NCBI GenBank assembly: GCA_002269645.1
Contig: NIVC01003803.1
Location: 1 to 64,000, forward strand
Reading direction: 5' to 3'
From: Macrostomum lignano
Lineage: Eukaryota
Length of the DNA: 64,000 nt
The notes beneath the pieces were generated by a model, which saw nothing but the letters and a program-made list of their open reading frames with translations, made no database searches and was not told the origin of the DNA. Positions 1 through 18,810 of the stretch are shown here, in pieces (the first letter of the stretch is position 1; each line of letters opens with the position of its first letter). The position numbers were made by a program, and so were the translations under genes.

Positions 1-496
1 ATAGTAGAACGGCAGCCGGCAGTGCAGCTGAAACCCCTGGCCCTGATTAGAACTCTATAGCAGCCCGATTTGTAGCCAACACGTGCAGGTAGACGCATTT
101 CACCTGGCTGCCTAAGCTGGCGTGTAAATGGCTTAACAGGTTGCTTAGCAACAGGCGAGCTAAGCCGCGCCTTCTGTAGGGCTGGCTGACACCGATGCTG
201 AGCAAGTAGCACACCTTTGTCTCCGGCGGGAATTGACAGCTTAACAAATCGGCATCCTCTTTATTAACTATAGCAATAGGCTTGACCTCGTACTAGCATA
301 GCGACCATCTCGTTGCCTAGCAACGCAGCTTGGTATAAAATCGATCATTGGTGACGATATCGTGAAACCAGGAGTCTGGATAATCGATAGGGAACAGGTG
401 TTTAGCCAAACATTTGACATCGTCAGTGTCTGGCGGATAGAGCCGGCGCAACGAGACTGAGTTGTGAAGTGGATCAGCCGGTGCGCTCATCTTCAT
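1..496 (-). pseudogene. NAA60: N-alpha-acetyltransferase 60 (GNAT), 5' part, with three apparent frameshifts; 3' end lies outside the window
   Basis: Motifs LFPIDYPDSWFHDIVTNDRFY, EVKPIAIVNKEDADLL, YLLSIGVSQPYRRRGLARLLL, VYLHVLATNRAAIEF and (shifted frame) GFQLHCRLPFYY are colinear with NAA60. Frame breaks lie near 330, 290 and 48. Pseudogene versus sequencing error cannot be distinguished here. Confidence 0.85.
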
Positions 497-1794
497 GCCA
501 GCAGAGTACAGCTTGCAGCATAGCAGGTCTGATGAGTGAGTGAGCAATGAACTGGCATTTGAGCACATAGTATAATAGCCTTAGATACAGTATAGCATTA
601 TAGTAGCAAATATATATACACAATGTTCAGTGTATCTACAAAAAATTCTATTTCAGGCTATTTATACAAAAGTACTATAATGTGTTGCTAAAATTGTTGA
701 TAAATAAACATGTCTAAAAAGGAAAAGATTGCAATAGCTTTTCAAAAAATACAAAACACTAAATTCCAAAACTATAGAATATATGCATAAATACATTTTA
801 TTATGAATGTAAATTAAACAACAATACATTGACAAATTAGGTTTTTGAAATTAACAAAATTCAATATTAGCTTTAAAAAAAATTTTTATTACATTTTCCG
901 ATTAACTGCACTCCAAGTTGTTTTAAGTTGTTTATATATCAATTTCTAGTCTTTTCTAGCTATATTTGGTAAAGCTTTTAAAAATATTACAATAGAAGTA
1001 CTCATGGATCTTATACTGCTGCTTTGTAATTTCAAATCAGGTTAATCTTTAAATTGCATTTGCCAAACAAGTTTAAGATTGCTCCAAAATGTCTTTTTTT
1101 GTCACTGATATATACTAACTAATTGCCTACAAAATAGGCTTATAGTAAAGTGAACCAACTATACCCACTTTTAATAGTGTTTTATTCTAATGGAAATCCC
1201 TATAAAATGCCTTAAGCAAAAAAATTGTTTCTACCAATTGATTAGTATATCAATGAATATAGTCAATCATAATGGCAGTTTTTACCATTAGACATAGGCC
1301 TTATTTATACTAGTTATAACCAAAGTATACTGCTAGATGGTCTTATACTGAAAGCTGAAAGCTGAGCATGATACATGACAAAAGGCATTTGAGTAGAATC
1401 AGCCAGCTTATACATTGTGCATTTGCCATATATCTAACCTAATAAAGAAGCTACAACTATTGAATTGGATGCCAGTGAGTTAGTGACATCAATGGCAATA
1501 CCCTAATGACCTAGGACATGATAGCAGCAAAGGTAGTCAATTTACAAAGGCCTAGAGCAATACTACAATTAGCCTAATTAGGTACTACATTTGTGCTGCT
1601 GGCTGCTGCTACAAGTGTGATCAACCATAATAGTGTGGATTGCAACCTGGATACTAGTTAAAACTTTGATTAGAATGTCAGCAAAGTTTTTTTCTTGTCA
1701 TGGAAGTTGACAGATTTTTTTCTAAGCTGCAAATGGGATACTTAGCTGATAGATATGAGTCCAATGCCATTGCTAGTACCAATCACTAGCAGTT

Positions 1795-3450
1795 GAACAT
1801 TGAATAGTAGCATGTGTATAACTTTGTTCTCAATTGGCTAGATGAGGCAAATGATAAGTTGGAGAGAGTCAAAGCAACACATTTCATTATACATGGTCTG
1901 GCAGACACAGGTAAGAGCTTCTTGATTAGTATATTATATGGTCTACTAGGCAAAGGTTGCTCACTCCTGGCTCCCACTAGTATTGCTCAACATTGGCAGC
2001 TTGACAGTGCAGGCAGCTCTACACATTCTGGCTACAAAATTCTGGTAGTAAGAGAGTGGTAGCAAAGTGCTAAAGACCATTTAGGTAATGTTGCATTGCA
2101 TCCTATTGTACATTGAAAGAATGCACACATAAATTACCATTTATTAATGCATTAATATACTACTATTATTTCTCATATTGTCTATCTGGCAAAGCCACTT
2201 TCTTGTACCCTTTAAGTCCCCCTTTTGTCTATGTCCTATCTCTCTGCAGCCAATTGTATATTCCAAAGCATCACTCTTTCATTTTGTTTGCCAAAAATAA
2301 GCTTGAGCCTTAAGGCAAATTGACAGGAATAAAAATTCATTAGCATTTGCATTGGTCTGATTCCTTAAAGATAATCTACAGTTATTCTAATGAATGAATT
2401 CTAATGAGCCACTTCACATCCCATGAGGTTGATCATTATCAATGAGATATCAATGCTTAGCCAGTAGAGGTTGGATGGGATTGAAATCTTCGGGCGGGAT
2501 CGGGATCGGGAATAATTTTTTTTTCTCAGGATCGGGATCAGGATTCAGGAATTAGGATCAGGTATTTTAGTGTATTGTCCATGTAAAGTTAAACAAAATT
2601 GAGAAAAGATGGTCAAGATCAAGAAGTAAAACACAACGAAATTGATATGAAGTTTTGTAACCAACAAAGTAAATATAACGAGTACAAGTTAAAGCAAAAT
2701 ACCTTCAAGTAATCACTAATTCTATAAATTTTTAATCAAAAGACCTGTTCCCAAATCTTGAGTTTTTTAGGGTTGGGATTATGGTCCCGCGGGAATTCAA
2801 TTTTCCTTGGGATCCCAAGATTTCGGGATTGGGATTGGGATCCCATCTGACCTTTATTAGCTAGACCATGTTGCACTTCATCAACTAGTATCATTGTCAT
2901 TCATTGTCATACCAACAAAATGAACAAACCATTTAATAGTAGGGCAATGATGCTAATAGGCAACTTTTACTAGCCAAAGGCAGTCTTTTATTTATTGCAA
3001 TAGTGGTCATAGGGGATGGCCAAGCAAATTTAGCTAGTATACAAGTCATTCAATATCATCTTTTTTAAAAAGCAAAAAGTGCAATAGTCATCTGACTTAG
3101 AGTTTAGATAGCTACAGTAATATGCAAGATAGGGCAAGCTTTAGTAGGCTAACTTTGATATACTTTTGCAATGTTATATTGTAATGTTTTGCTACTATAA
3201 GATAGTTATATTATATAAAACCACAAATGCTACAGTTGATAAGAGAAATAAGAGATGCCTATAACTAAACTTGGCTGATAATCCCATCTATTTGATTTGG
3301 TTGCTCTCTATGAATCTACAGATAATAGCATACAAAGCCACTTGACTACATAAGCCAAATATAGCCAAATAGCAAAATATGTTTACCAAGCTTCTTTGAT
3401 TAGGCTAGGGACTTTAATAAAGGTGTTGTGACTTGCTAGGTTTATCTTAA
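1795..3450 (+). pseudogene. Degenerate Pif1-family helicase (Helitron-like or other TE-borne)
   Basis: Ordered decayed motifs: LNIE*, Walker A GLADTGKS, LAPTSIA, THSGYKI, Walker B LIIINEISMLSQ, KPF..AMMLIGNFY*, TTNATVDKRN. Many stops and frameshifts. No Rep domain seen. Confidence 0.75.
2465..2856. mobile_element. hAT-type MITE inserted in the Pif1 relic
   Basis: 16-bp imperfect TIRs (tagaggttggatggga / tcccatctgaccttta, 3 mismatches) and 8-bp TSD ttagccag (2457-2464) / ttagctag (2857-2864). Removing it rejoins ISMLSQ to TMLHFIN. Confidence 0.8.
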
Positions 3451-5922
3451 TATAGATATGAAAAGATTTTTAGTAAAAAGGGCTAGTTTTTACAAATTAG
3501 TAACTTTAAATGCAATGCAATTATATAGAATAAAAATCAAATATAAACTAGAAAAAAGAGAGAAACTACTTTTTCATAAACTCAAATAAAAAAGTTTAGC
3601 CAATTTTTTGGCAAGTCACAAGACCTTCACTGAAGTCCTTATTTATATACTATAGTTAATGATATAATAGGCAATGTCCTAGCTTTCTATGTTAAATTAT
3701 TTTGACATTAAATTTTAAACAAACAACCTAAAAAGCCTAAAATGAGTTCACTAAACTATCCTAACCACCCATTTATCAATTACTAAATTTTGTTAAATTG
3801 AATGACCTAACCATGTATATAAGCTATACTTGTATAACTTTCTCTAACACATTCTCAGATATATCTTTTAATAGGCCTACTTTTAGGATACTTAAAATAT
3901 TGCAAAAATGTTTGAAAATATGTCACCAAAATTTAACTAATATATGACTATTTTCCTAATACTTTTTGTGACAATTTAAGTGTCCTAAAATGTATCAAAA
4001 GATATGTCTAAAATTGTAATAAATCTAAAAATGTCTAAAATCTCTAATTCAAAAAAAATATATAGGTATAGCTTTCTATTGGAATAAGTGTAGAAAACTT
4101 GCGAATGCACAACATGGGGTCTAAAATAATAACTCAAAAATGCAACATGACACAGAATATTTTAACTTTTACACTGAGTATAGGCATATTTAGATAACAA
4201 GATAATTAATTAAATAACAAGGCATTAAGCCTTAATAAGATTGTCATAATTACTTTTGCCATTTATCCAAAACTTGCATTGCACCGCAACAGCACTTGCC
4301 TTGACTCTAGTTGCAATGCAATACCAGAAAATTCCAAAATTGCATTAGACACCTTTGTCTACTTATTCAAATAGGGGTAGGCTATAGCTTATATAGGCCC
4401 CTATATGATCAGGCCTATATCATTTAGATCAGTGAAATATAGTGATTGATAAATGAGTGGTCAAGAAGCACGGCTATCTTCTCAAATCATTCGTATAATT
4501 CCAACCACCACCCCCCACCACCCTTGAATAGAGGGCGAAATAATTCTGGAAATAATTAAACAAACGATTCGAGATTGCCAGAAGCACATAGTATATGTAT
4601 GCCTATTAGCTATTAGTCAAAATATATGCATTCTCCTAAGTCCTAGGCCCTAAGCAACACAATGACCACAACTTGTAATGAGATAGGGGGCCTAAGCCTA
4701 CTATAATATTAAGGGGTCCCGTGAGATTTTGAAAGTTGTAAATTTCTAATTTTTTTTATTTAGTATGATAGATCTTGTTTGTATTAGTAAAAAGACACTT
4801 CACTTTTGAATTTTGGTCAAGTAATAAAAAATTTATAACATTTTACTCCTTTAGTGTTGTATTTTTGACATTTCCATAATGCATTTTCCCATAAGATAGG
4901 CCCCTACTGTGATAATTTTTCTTTAAAATGTCTGATTTTTCAAGTTATAAATAATATAATAACTTTTGAATTATCCAATGGATTTTTAGCCAATCAATCA
5001 AATGGCTAAGCCATTTGTAGGCATGTAGGCATGCGGCCTGTTTGGCCAATTCAGGCCATTTCAGGGTCGATATACATTTTGTGAATAGAGGATATGTTAC
5101 ATTATATTTAATCTTTTTTTATATTATGTGAAATTATGTCAACCATTAAACGAGAATCAAATTAGCCTATACTCTAGGCCTATTGAGCTGTAAAATGTAA
5201 TTTTTATATATTAAGTTTAAAGTCCCTCGAATTTTTCCCGTTTAAATTACTGCCTAACAGCTTTTGACTTTTCGGCAAAAAATAAAACGAATATTTTAAC
5301 TGTTTATAATGCAACCAGTTCACAGATATGCAATAAAATATCCTTATGCAGTTTGCGAAGAAGGGAAAACAAAATAATTAAATCTGGTATGTACTCAGGC
5401 GCATTCAAATTTGGTATGTACTCGTATACTGCCGAAACGACAATATTATTGCTGACTGAACTGGCCACAATTTAGAGGAATATCTCCTGAAAAAGGCTAT
5501 TTGACCTATTTAGGCCGAATGATACTACTAGAATGTACGAGCAGATAAGATTCTTTTATCTCAGATAAAATTAAGTTTGTGGTTTGTGTAACGTGAAGCA
5601 TTTGTAGTGAAATTACAACTTAACTTAGATTTGAATTGCATATATTTTATGAGTTAACGACGAGAAGGATTGGGGCGAGAAACTTAACTGCGAGAAAGAA
5701 CTGTAAAAGGAAATTAGTCTATGGTAATTTATGACAAACTGAGTTGCAAATAAAAAGTACAACAAAATACCCATACGACCCCCCTTCCGATTGCGGAGCA
5801 CGGGGAAAAGAGACTGTAACTGAATTATAAAATGGTGGAATTGCTTAAATTATTGAAACGAAGCGGTTATATAGTTGAAATACGAGCTAAATTTTATATG
5901 AGGCGTTGAACATTAAGAAATA

Positions 5923-8277
5923 TTGAGAACATTGGAACAGCAGTCAGTAGACGTTATACATTACAAGGTTTTAATAATAAATGTAATCTATCATTATGGC
6001 GTCGGAATTGGACTTGGCGGCCGCTAAAGGTCGCTCTAGGAGGTGATGAGTCCACCGGTTCCTGATCTAGTTTGGCGGCTTTTCCGGCAGCGGGTTCGCG
6101 GCCGGCTGAACAGCAGACTTCGGAAACGAAAGTCGCGCCGGCTTGAGGCGATCGATAGAGACAGATTCGGTAGGTGTTGCCTGACGGTAGGAAAATAACG
6201 AAGAACTTGTCAGTTCGCTGTTTCACGCGATACGGCTCTGAGTACGGCGCCTCGAGCGGCGACCGCACGCGATCGACCCGAACCCAGACGAATTTAGCTA
6301 GCCATTTCCAGGTCCTTGGGTACGTAGCTCCGTGTTTCGTGCGTCTTCGCGTGTGGACTCGTTATAACTCTGTCAGCAGTTCCTGCAGCCGTGTCCGAAT
6401 GTCCGTTGGGGCGAGTGGTTCAGAAGTTAGAATGCGCGGAACCATCGGAAGCTCGCCGGTAACCCTGGTGAACGGTGATATTCATTGGTCGTCAGGTGCG
6501 ACGTGCATCGCGAGGAGAGCCACAGGTAGGTCTGTCAGCCAGTCATTGCCTCGAGCACGTAGCATCGTCTTCAGGGTGCGATGGGCTCGCTCGACCTTGC
6601 CATTGGTTTGAGGGTGGTACGCCGTTGTGCGTAATCGCGATGAAAACCAATTGATGACGAGACCGAGTGAAAGAATTCTGATTCGAACTTGGCGCCCCCG
6701 ATCAGTGATTACATACAGTGGCACTCCCGTAGCGCGAGACCCAAGACGAGACGAATGTATGGGCGACTACTTCCGCGGTTATTGATTCCAGTGGTGTAGC
6801 TTCTAGCCAGCCAGTCGAGCGGTCGACCATCGTGGTAGCGGGTAGACTGGTGGCCAAAGGTGGTAGCATTAGCTGGTGGAAGTGGTCCCACAATATCGAT
6901 GTGTACCGCCTCAAAGCGATTTGATGGTAATGCGAAGGCCTGTTGCGGGGAGAGAGTGTGGCGAGTGACTTTACTCCGTTGGCAGTCCTGGCAGTTCCAG
7001 CAGCAGTAGGTCTTGATGGACTTACGCATTCCGGGCCAAAAGTAACGTTCTGTGATGTGTTTTGCTGTTTTACGGTAGCCGAAATGACCAAGTCGATGGA
7101 AGGAGGCAATCACGGCGTCGCGGAGAGACGGCGGAATGATCGGGCGAGGATACGGCGTTGACGTCTCACACCAAACGACGACGTCTTTGTTCAGAGAAAA
7201 CGATCGAATATTTAGTGCAGGTGAGAACGACTCTGGTCGTTGTGCTTCAGCGATACTGGGCAGATCAACAGGGAATTGGCTTGATGGGGCAGCGACTACA
7301 GCGACTGTTGCGATGTCGGACACGTGATCATTCACTGGGAAGTCAGGCAGTCGAGAAAGGGCCGGCATCAGCTATTACGTTGTCTGCACCGCGAATGTAC
7401 TGGACATCTGCCACGTACTCGGACAAGACGGTCAAATAGCGCTGATTGCGATCTGACGTAGTGGTGCGATTTGCGTGGAAGGCCTGAGCTAGTGGTTTAT
7501 GATCGGTGAACAAGGTCACGCTCAGTCCTTCAATGAGGCTGCGGAAGTGCAACACTGCCAGCAGGTACGCCGCGAGTAGTTCTCGGTCGAACGTGCTGTA
7601 CATCCTTTGAGATGACGACAACTACTTGCTGAACATGCCAAGAGGTGACGTTCCGGTTGAAGCTGAGGTTTGATGCAGAACGGCACCAACACAGTCGGCT
7701 GAGGCATCAGTGACAGGTGGTACGCAGTACAGTTGGGGTCCGGATGATGCAGCAGTCTCTCTGAGAGAGCTTGTTTGATGTTTTCGAAAGATTTCTGATG
7801 CTGCTCTGTCCATTGGAAGTTTCCTGCTGACTGTAGTGATGCAGTGAGTAGGTCTTGCAGTGGACAGATGCGATCGGCAAAGTTGGGAACGAATCGACGG
7901 TAGAAACCAACGACACCGAGGAAGCGCCGAAGTGCGTTCGAATCCGTGGGTGTCGGCCAGTCAGTGATTGTTTGGATCTTCTTCTGGAGAGGTTTTATTC
8001 CTTCAAGAGTCACGCGATGGCCAAGGAAATCTACCTCGGATTGAAAGAATTCGCACTTCTTCAAAGGAACCTGTAGGCCGTGTGTTCTTAGGCGGTCCAA
8101 AACTTGTTCCAAATGCGAGTAGTGGTCCTCACGAGTCTTTGAGAATATCGGAACAGCAGTCAGTAAACGTTATACATTACAAGGTTAATAATAAATGTAA
8201 TCATTATGGCGTCGGTTTTTACCGTCGATTCGTTCCCAACTTTGCCCACCGCATCTGTCCGCTGCAAGACCTACTCA
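5923..8277 (-). mobile_element. Ty3/Gypsy LTR-retrotransposon pol fragment (RT C-terminal half, RNase H, integrase), frameshifted, 5'-truncated, no LTR identified
   Basis: RT: IFSKTREDHYSHLEQVL..KKCEFFQSEVDFLGH, LRRFLGVVGFYRRFVPNFA. RNase H: TDAS..CVGAVLHQ, YSTFDRELLA, FTDHKPL. Integrase: H-GYRKT..CQDCQRSK, VHIDIVGPLP, TTAYHPQTNGKVERAHRTLK, LEAPYSEPY. Confidence 0.93.
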
Positions 8278-8700
8278 AGACCGACCCTTAGGTCGGTGGC
8301 TCAGATCTGCCTCACCGGACCAATTTGTAGTGAAACTACACAATGTTACACAGAATGCTGATACGACCTCCATTTTATTCAAGCAACTTTGCAGACGTAG
8401 AAATTGCAACCAAGTGACGGGATGTGTATGTATATTATTTGCGTCTTTACGGTTAAATTCTAATTGCAATTTAAGCGCATTATCAAAAAAGAAAAAATCA
8501 TTAAAAGTCAATTCGTTTTAAATCAGAACCTTGAAGCATTTTTTGGGTCTCAAAAAATCCAGATTTTATTTACGTACATGCACACATCAATTTTAAATGT
8601 ACATGTACTAAATTTTGAAATTATAATGTGACCATATACTAGTTAAACTTAAAGAAAGGAACAATAAAATTTTAGATTAAAGTACGTAAGCATAGCTAAT

Positions 8701-9394
8701 GCCAAGGACGACTTAAGTAGGACGGGAAACCTCGTTTCTTAGAAAATTTTAGAAGGCAAGTTTTCCCGAAAAAATACACTATGGAGATAGGAAGTTTTCA
8801 TTTTTCAGCACAAAATCGCTTTTGATAGGCGGCAGATTCAGTGTTTATCTTTTGATATGTTGTGCCTTTTTTATTGCTCTATCGATATTTATAAAGCTTT
8901 TCGTTCCGAAAATTAGGATTCTATGTGAATTTTTTATTCTACGTACATTTCCTGTATCTAAAAATCACAAAAATGCACAGCTCCAATATTTGGTTTTATA
9001 AATCTATTTTATCATCTCTGTTACAAATATTTGTTACACAGTCAGGTAAGAATGATCATCGATAAAATAGACTCATAAAACCAAAGAGACAATCCGTGGC
9101 ATTTTAATGTATTTCAGGCACAAGACACGTGAAAATGTACGTAGAATAAAAAATTCACATAGAATCCAAATTTTCTGAACGAAAAGCTTTATAAATATCG
9201 ATAGAGCAATAAGAAAGGCACAACATATCAAAAGATGAACACTGGATCTGCCTCCTATCAAAAGCAGTAGCAATTTTTGTGCTGAAAAATGAAAACTTCC
9301 TATCTCCGTAGTGCATTTTTCTAGGAAAACCGGCCTTCCAAAATTTTTTCTAAGAAACGAGGTTTCCCGTCCTTCTACTTAAGTGGTCCTTGGC
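8701..9394. mobile_element. Foldback-type non-autonomous DNA element with long TIRs
   Basis: About 8701-8980 is the reverse complement of about 9100-9394 (gccaaggacgacttaagtag...gtacatt) with scattered mismatches. TAAT flanks both ends (8697-8700, 9395-9398). Confidence 0.8.
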
Positions 9395-10232
9395 TAATGC
9401 ATTAACGCGATTACTTTTAGCGATCCATTGGTCTGGCTTACGGGCCAATTTTCTGACAAATTACACAGACAGGGTTGTTTTTCTTGTACGTAAGACAATA
9501 ATGAGACTGATATTTTGGCTGATAAGTTGGGCTGAGTGCTCAAGTAGTAGTTGAAAAAGGTATGTAATGTCGTTGTAAATGGTCAAAAACTATCGAAATT
9601 AAAAAATAGGTAACAAAATAACAGAAAAAGGCATTGTGAGCGGAAGACGTTAAAAATATTAACGACAATACAGTAATAGCAATACATATACTGTTATAAT
9701 AGATACAGACAAATAAAAATCAAAGACTACTTATAGTAGCTAAGTTCCTACTTCTGAGCGAGATTTCCAAGCTTTCAGGATAAAGTCAAAGAATTTTCTA
9801 GAAAAAATCAATGTGTCAAAACGACGCTCGAATGCAGATGTACATGTACGAGTATAATATACAGCTAAACGGAATACAAAGGCAGCAAACACAAAGCTGA
9901 ATAAATTAAAAAAACTATAGTTTAAATATATGTCGGGTGCGAAGTCGGAATATTTTTGACATCATATTTAAGACGGGCAATATATGGGCTAGCTAGTGCT
10001 GGATAAATTATCAATTCAAAGGTAATTAAGTCAGGTAAATAAAAAAGTCGCAAAGGCACAAAGAAACGCGATTAAAAAGCACATATATTAAAGTTCTTAC
10101 GTCACAAACAAAAATTTAAAATGAAAGTTATCCAAACTGCATGTATATGTGTAGTAGTGCTAGATTATAAGCATACTTAATAAGCACCATAACAAGGAAC
10201 AGTTTGTAGATATAATGATGATGCTAACAAGT

Positions 10233-15556
<5,324 letters not shown>

Positions 15557-15768
15557 TTTGGTGTGTCTACATGAATTTCAATTTTATTTTTTAAAACATG
15601 ATATGTAACTATTAATTGTAAGTCTTCCAGCTGGAATTCTTTGATTAATCATATCATATGCATTAGTAACTTCATTATAAACTATAGTCTAATGCAGGTT
15701 CATATACCATGCCTGCCGAGGTTTGCCCATATTGCTTTTTTTCTGTAGCACATTTAGCCACATGGCAG

Positions 15769-15970
15769 TAGGCGCCACGGAACAGGGGGGGGGGGGGGGG
15801 GGGGCAGCTGCCCCCCTGACATTGAGTTGGGGGGGCATTGCCCCCCTTCAAATACCGTTCAACAGCATAATTTTGCTCAAATTTTTGGTCATTGTCCAAG
15901 ACAGGGTCTGGGCTTGAGTTTCGGAAACTTGGTCCTGCCCCCCTGGCAAAAACTTGTTCTGCGGCGCCTG
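15769..15970. mobile_element. hAT-type MITE
   Basis: TIRs taggcgccacggaacagg / cttgttctgcggcgcctg; perfect 8-bp TSD catggcag (15761-15768, 15971-15978). Confidence 0.85.
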
Positions 15971-18470
15971 CATGGCAGATTTTGTCTGCATTGCCTCCCT
16001 AATGCTTAATAATTAAATCTCATTAAAGAGATTTACACAATCAAAATGTTTCAATAGTAACTGCATAATCAAATGCATTTTTTTGGGGATGGGAATAATG
16101 CAGACAGAATCTAGCTGCCAAATGTGTTATGGGCAAAACTCGGCAGGCAACTTGCTTGCAGGCAATTCATTCACAGGCCAGTTGCACTGCAGGCAAATCT
16201 TGGTAGGCAATTCCTAGCGGGCAAATTTCTATGGGCAATTTGCTCACAGGCAAAATGTATTACAGGTAAATCTTGGTAGGAAAAGCTCAGCAGGCAAATC
16301 TCTATGGGCAAATCTCTTGCAGGCAATTTGTCTGCAGGCAATTCTCATGGGCCCTGATTACTCTACCTTCCCCCCTTGGGTTTTTACCTTTCAGAATCTT
16401 CCCCTGAGTCTTTACCTTCTAAAATCTATCCCCTGGGTATTTATTCTCTAGAATCTGCTTCCTGTGTCTTTACCCTCCAGAAACCCCCCTCTAGGTCTTT
16501 ACCTTCTAGAATCTGCCCTCGCAAGTCTTTAATCTCTAGAATCTGCCACTATGGGTCTTTACTCTATAGCATCTACCCCTGAGTCTTTATTATATTACAT
16601 TTGTTGGCCTGCCACTTACCTTACTTTCTAGTTCCCCTATTTCTATTCTATTCAAAAGTTTGAACTGATAATACTGTTTGTCTAGAGTTTATAAACAGCC
16701 ATTAATACTAACATAATAAAATTGACAATTAAGAAAAGAAATTCCTTATTTTTAAAGCACAAAACCTTTATGAGAGAAACAATATAAAGTTACAATAAAA
16801 GTATGGGCTGGGTTATAATAATGAAGATAAAGGAAGTTTGTGGGCCACATATAAAGTTTTTGTGGGCTAGATCTGGCCCGCAGGCCAGAGGTTGCTAACC
16901 CCTGATATAAGGGATATATTCAAATTAGCATTTAACTTATGCTAAAAGACCTATTTTATTTTATTTATTATCACTATCATATCCCCTTATTTGGAGATAG
17001 AGATTAGGCAAAAATTGCCATGAGCATTATTCATTAGGGGGCCTAATATGCCCTTGAAAGACAAGAAACTGAAAGCCTTAATTTTTTGTGATTATAGACC
17101 TAACAATTATAAACTGTTTGAAACCTACCGTTGCAATGAATATAAGCTATCTTATATTGCTTTTTCAAGTAGAATCCTTAATAAAGAAGCCTAAAAGGCT
17201 ACACAGCCACTAGAAAAGTTTAAAAAGTTTAAACTGCTCAATATTTTATAATATTTTATCTGCAATGAATTTTCTAGAGTAGAATTTATTGTGTCTATTG
17301 TCTATAGCAAATTCTTTCAATAGGCTCCTATATGCACCCAAAAAGTCAAATGCACAATGTTTAGGCTTTAGCTGGCATTAGGCCCCTAGGCAAAAAAACA
17401 AGTCTTAAATGACCTATGCTTAGGCCACGTGCTTAGCATTAAGCATAAAAATAAATAAGTACTGCTCATTATTTAAATACAATAGTCAATATATATTAAT
17501 ACAATAGCTAATGCATGCTAAGCCTAAGGCTAAGCCCTAAGGTAGGTCTACAAATTTTGAAATTTATAAATCATTTCAGCAACTGAAAGTTGACCTAAAA
17601 ACTATGATATATATTCAGAAACAATAACAAATGGAAACTTGAAACAATAAGCAATAGCTGATGAACTTCCTAGTTGGTAAACACGTTACAACACTGAACA
17701 GCAGGAAGCTAGCCTACGTGCCTACTTGTACAATCCAATGTGAAACTGAAATGCAATACGACTTTTAAATTGCTTCCGGCTGGAAATTGCCGCTGACTTT
17801 GTTCGTTAAAACTAAAACATTACATAAGAAAGACATTTTTGTTCACATTGGCTACTAAAATAACTTAAATATGCGGAAGTTAGTTTTTCAAAGTCTTAAG
17901 TAACATATTTGATTACTTTTAGGGCTAATACAAGCATTTACATTAACGACGGTGCATGCTTGACTTTTTCGCATTGAACGGCCGAAGCCAATCCTGTAGA
18001 CTGTAGGTCACTGGTCAGATCGTCATATTCCATTTCGTCATATCAGATGACGAAGTGACCAGAAGCAAAGTAGCTTGAAAATAATATGACTAAGTGACCA
18101 AATATTTAGTTATGCTTGATACTAATGCTGCAGACTGTAGACTGTAGAGCCTGTTACTGTAGATTCCTGAGAATAGAGCCTAGAAGCAGAGCTACACTCC
18201 TTTATCTACCCATGCTCCTTAAAACAGCAATGGCTACTGATGAGTGATAGCCACTGGGCCAAATTTAAATTATTATAAGTATTGAATTCAATCTTAATTA
18301 TAGAGGTCAATGACAGCAAATCAGCAATGCCAATAGCTTCCACTGACCACTACTGGCACAGTGGCACTGGCACTGCAGTCCACTACAAGTTAGTTAATTA
18401 CCTGTCTAGTTGTACAATTAAAATTACTGAGTATATTTTTTACTGAGTATATTAATTAGTAAAAATTATT

Positions 18471-18810
18471 TAGGTGCGTCGTCATAGATTTTATGGTGGG
18501 GGACAAGCCAAGAATTCTACATGTACATGACTAGGCTAAATTCCTACAGTACATTATTTTCCAAATCGGTGTTGTCAGCAATCATTTTGGTGTGGCAGGC
18601 ACTCATTTTGGCGCCACAGACATATTATGGTGGCAAAATCACTCATTTTAGCACCATAGTCACCATTTTGATGCTGTAGGCACTATATTTTTTTAGCCAG
18701 CCATGAAGCAAAATTATTGATTTCCATAATATAGGTCAACAGGTGGAGTGGGGAGACAATTAAGCATTTGCATGCTGGCCCCCATATCTTTTACTGGACA
18801 TGCCCCCCCC
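18471..18810. mobile_element. Degraded MITE, same family as 23439-24027, in inverted orientation
   Basis: Shares ggtgggggacaagccaagaatt, ttcctaca.gtacatt, cactcattttggcgcc and cttttactgg..acatg with the reverse complement of 23439-24027. Confidence 0.75.

Noticed and set aside
5923-6005. Paired LTRs for the Gypsy element
   Set aside because: The direct repeat is only about 80 bp, overlaps the integrase end, lacks TG...CA ends, PBS and PPT, and joins directly into mid-RT.
16860-16905. Isolated hAT-like ends (ggttgctaacccctg; also about 22618 and 63286)
   Set aside because: No partner TIR or TSD found, so no element boundaries can be supported.
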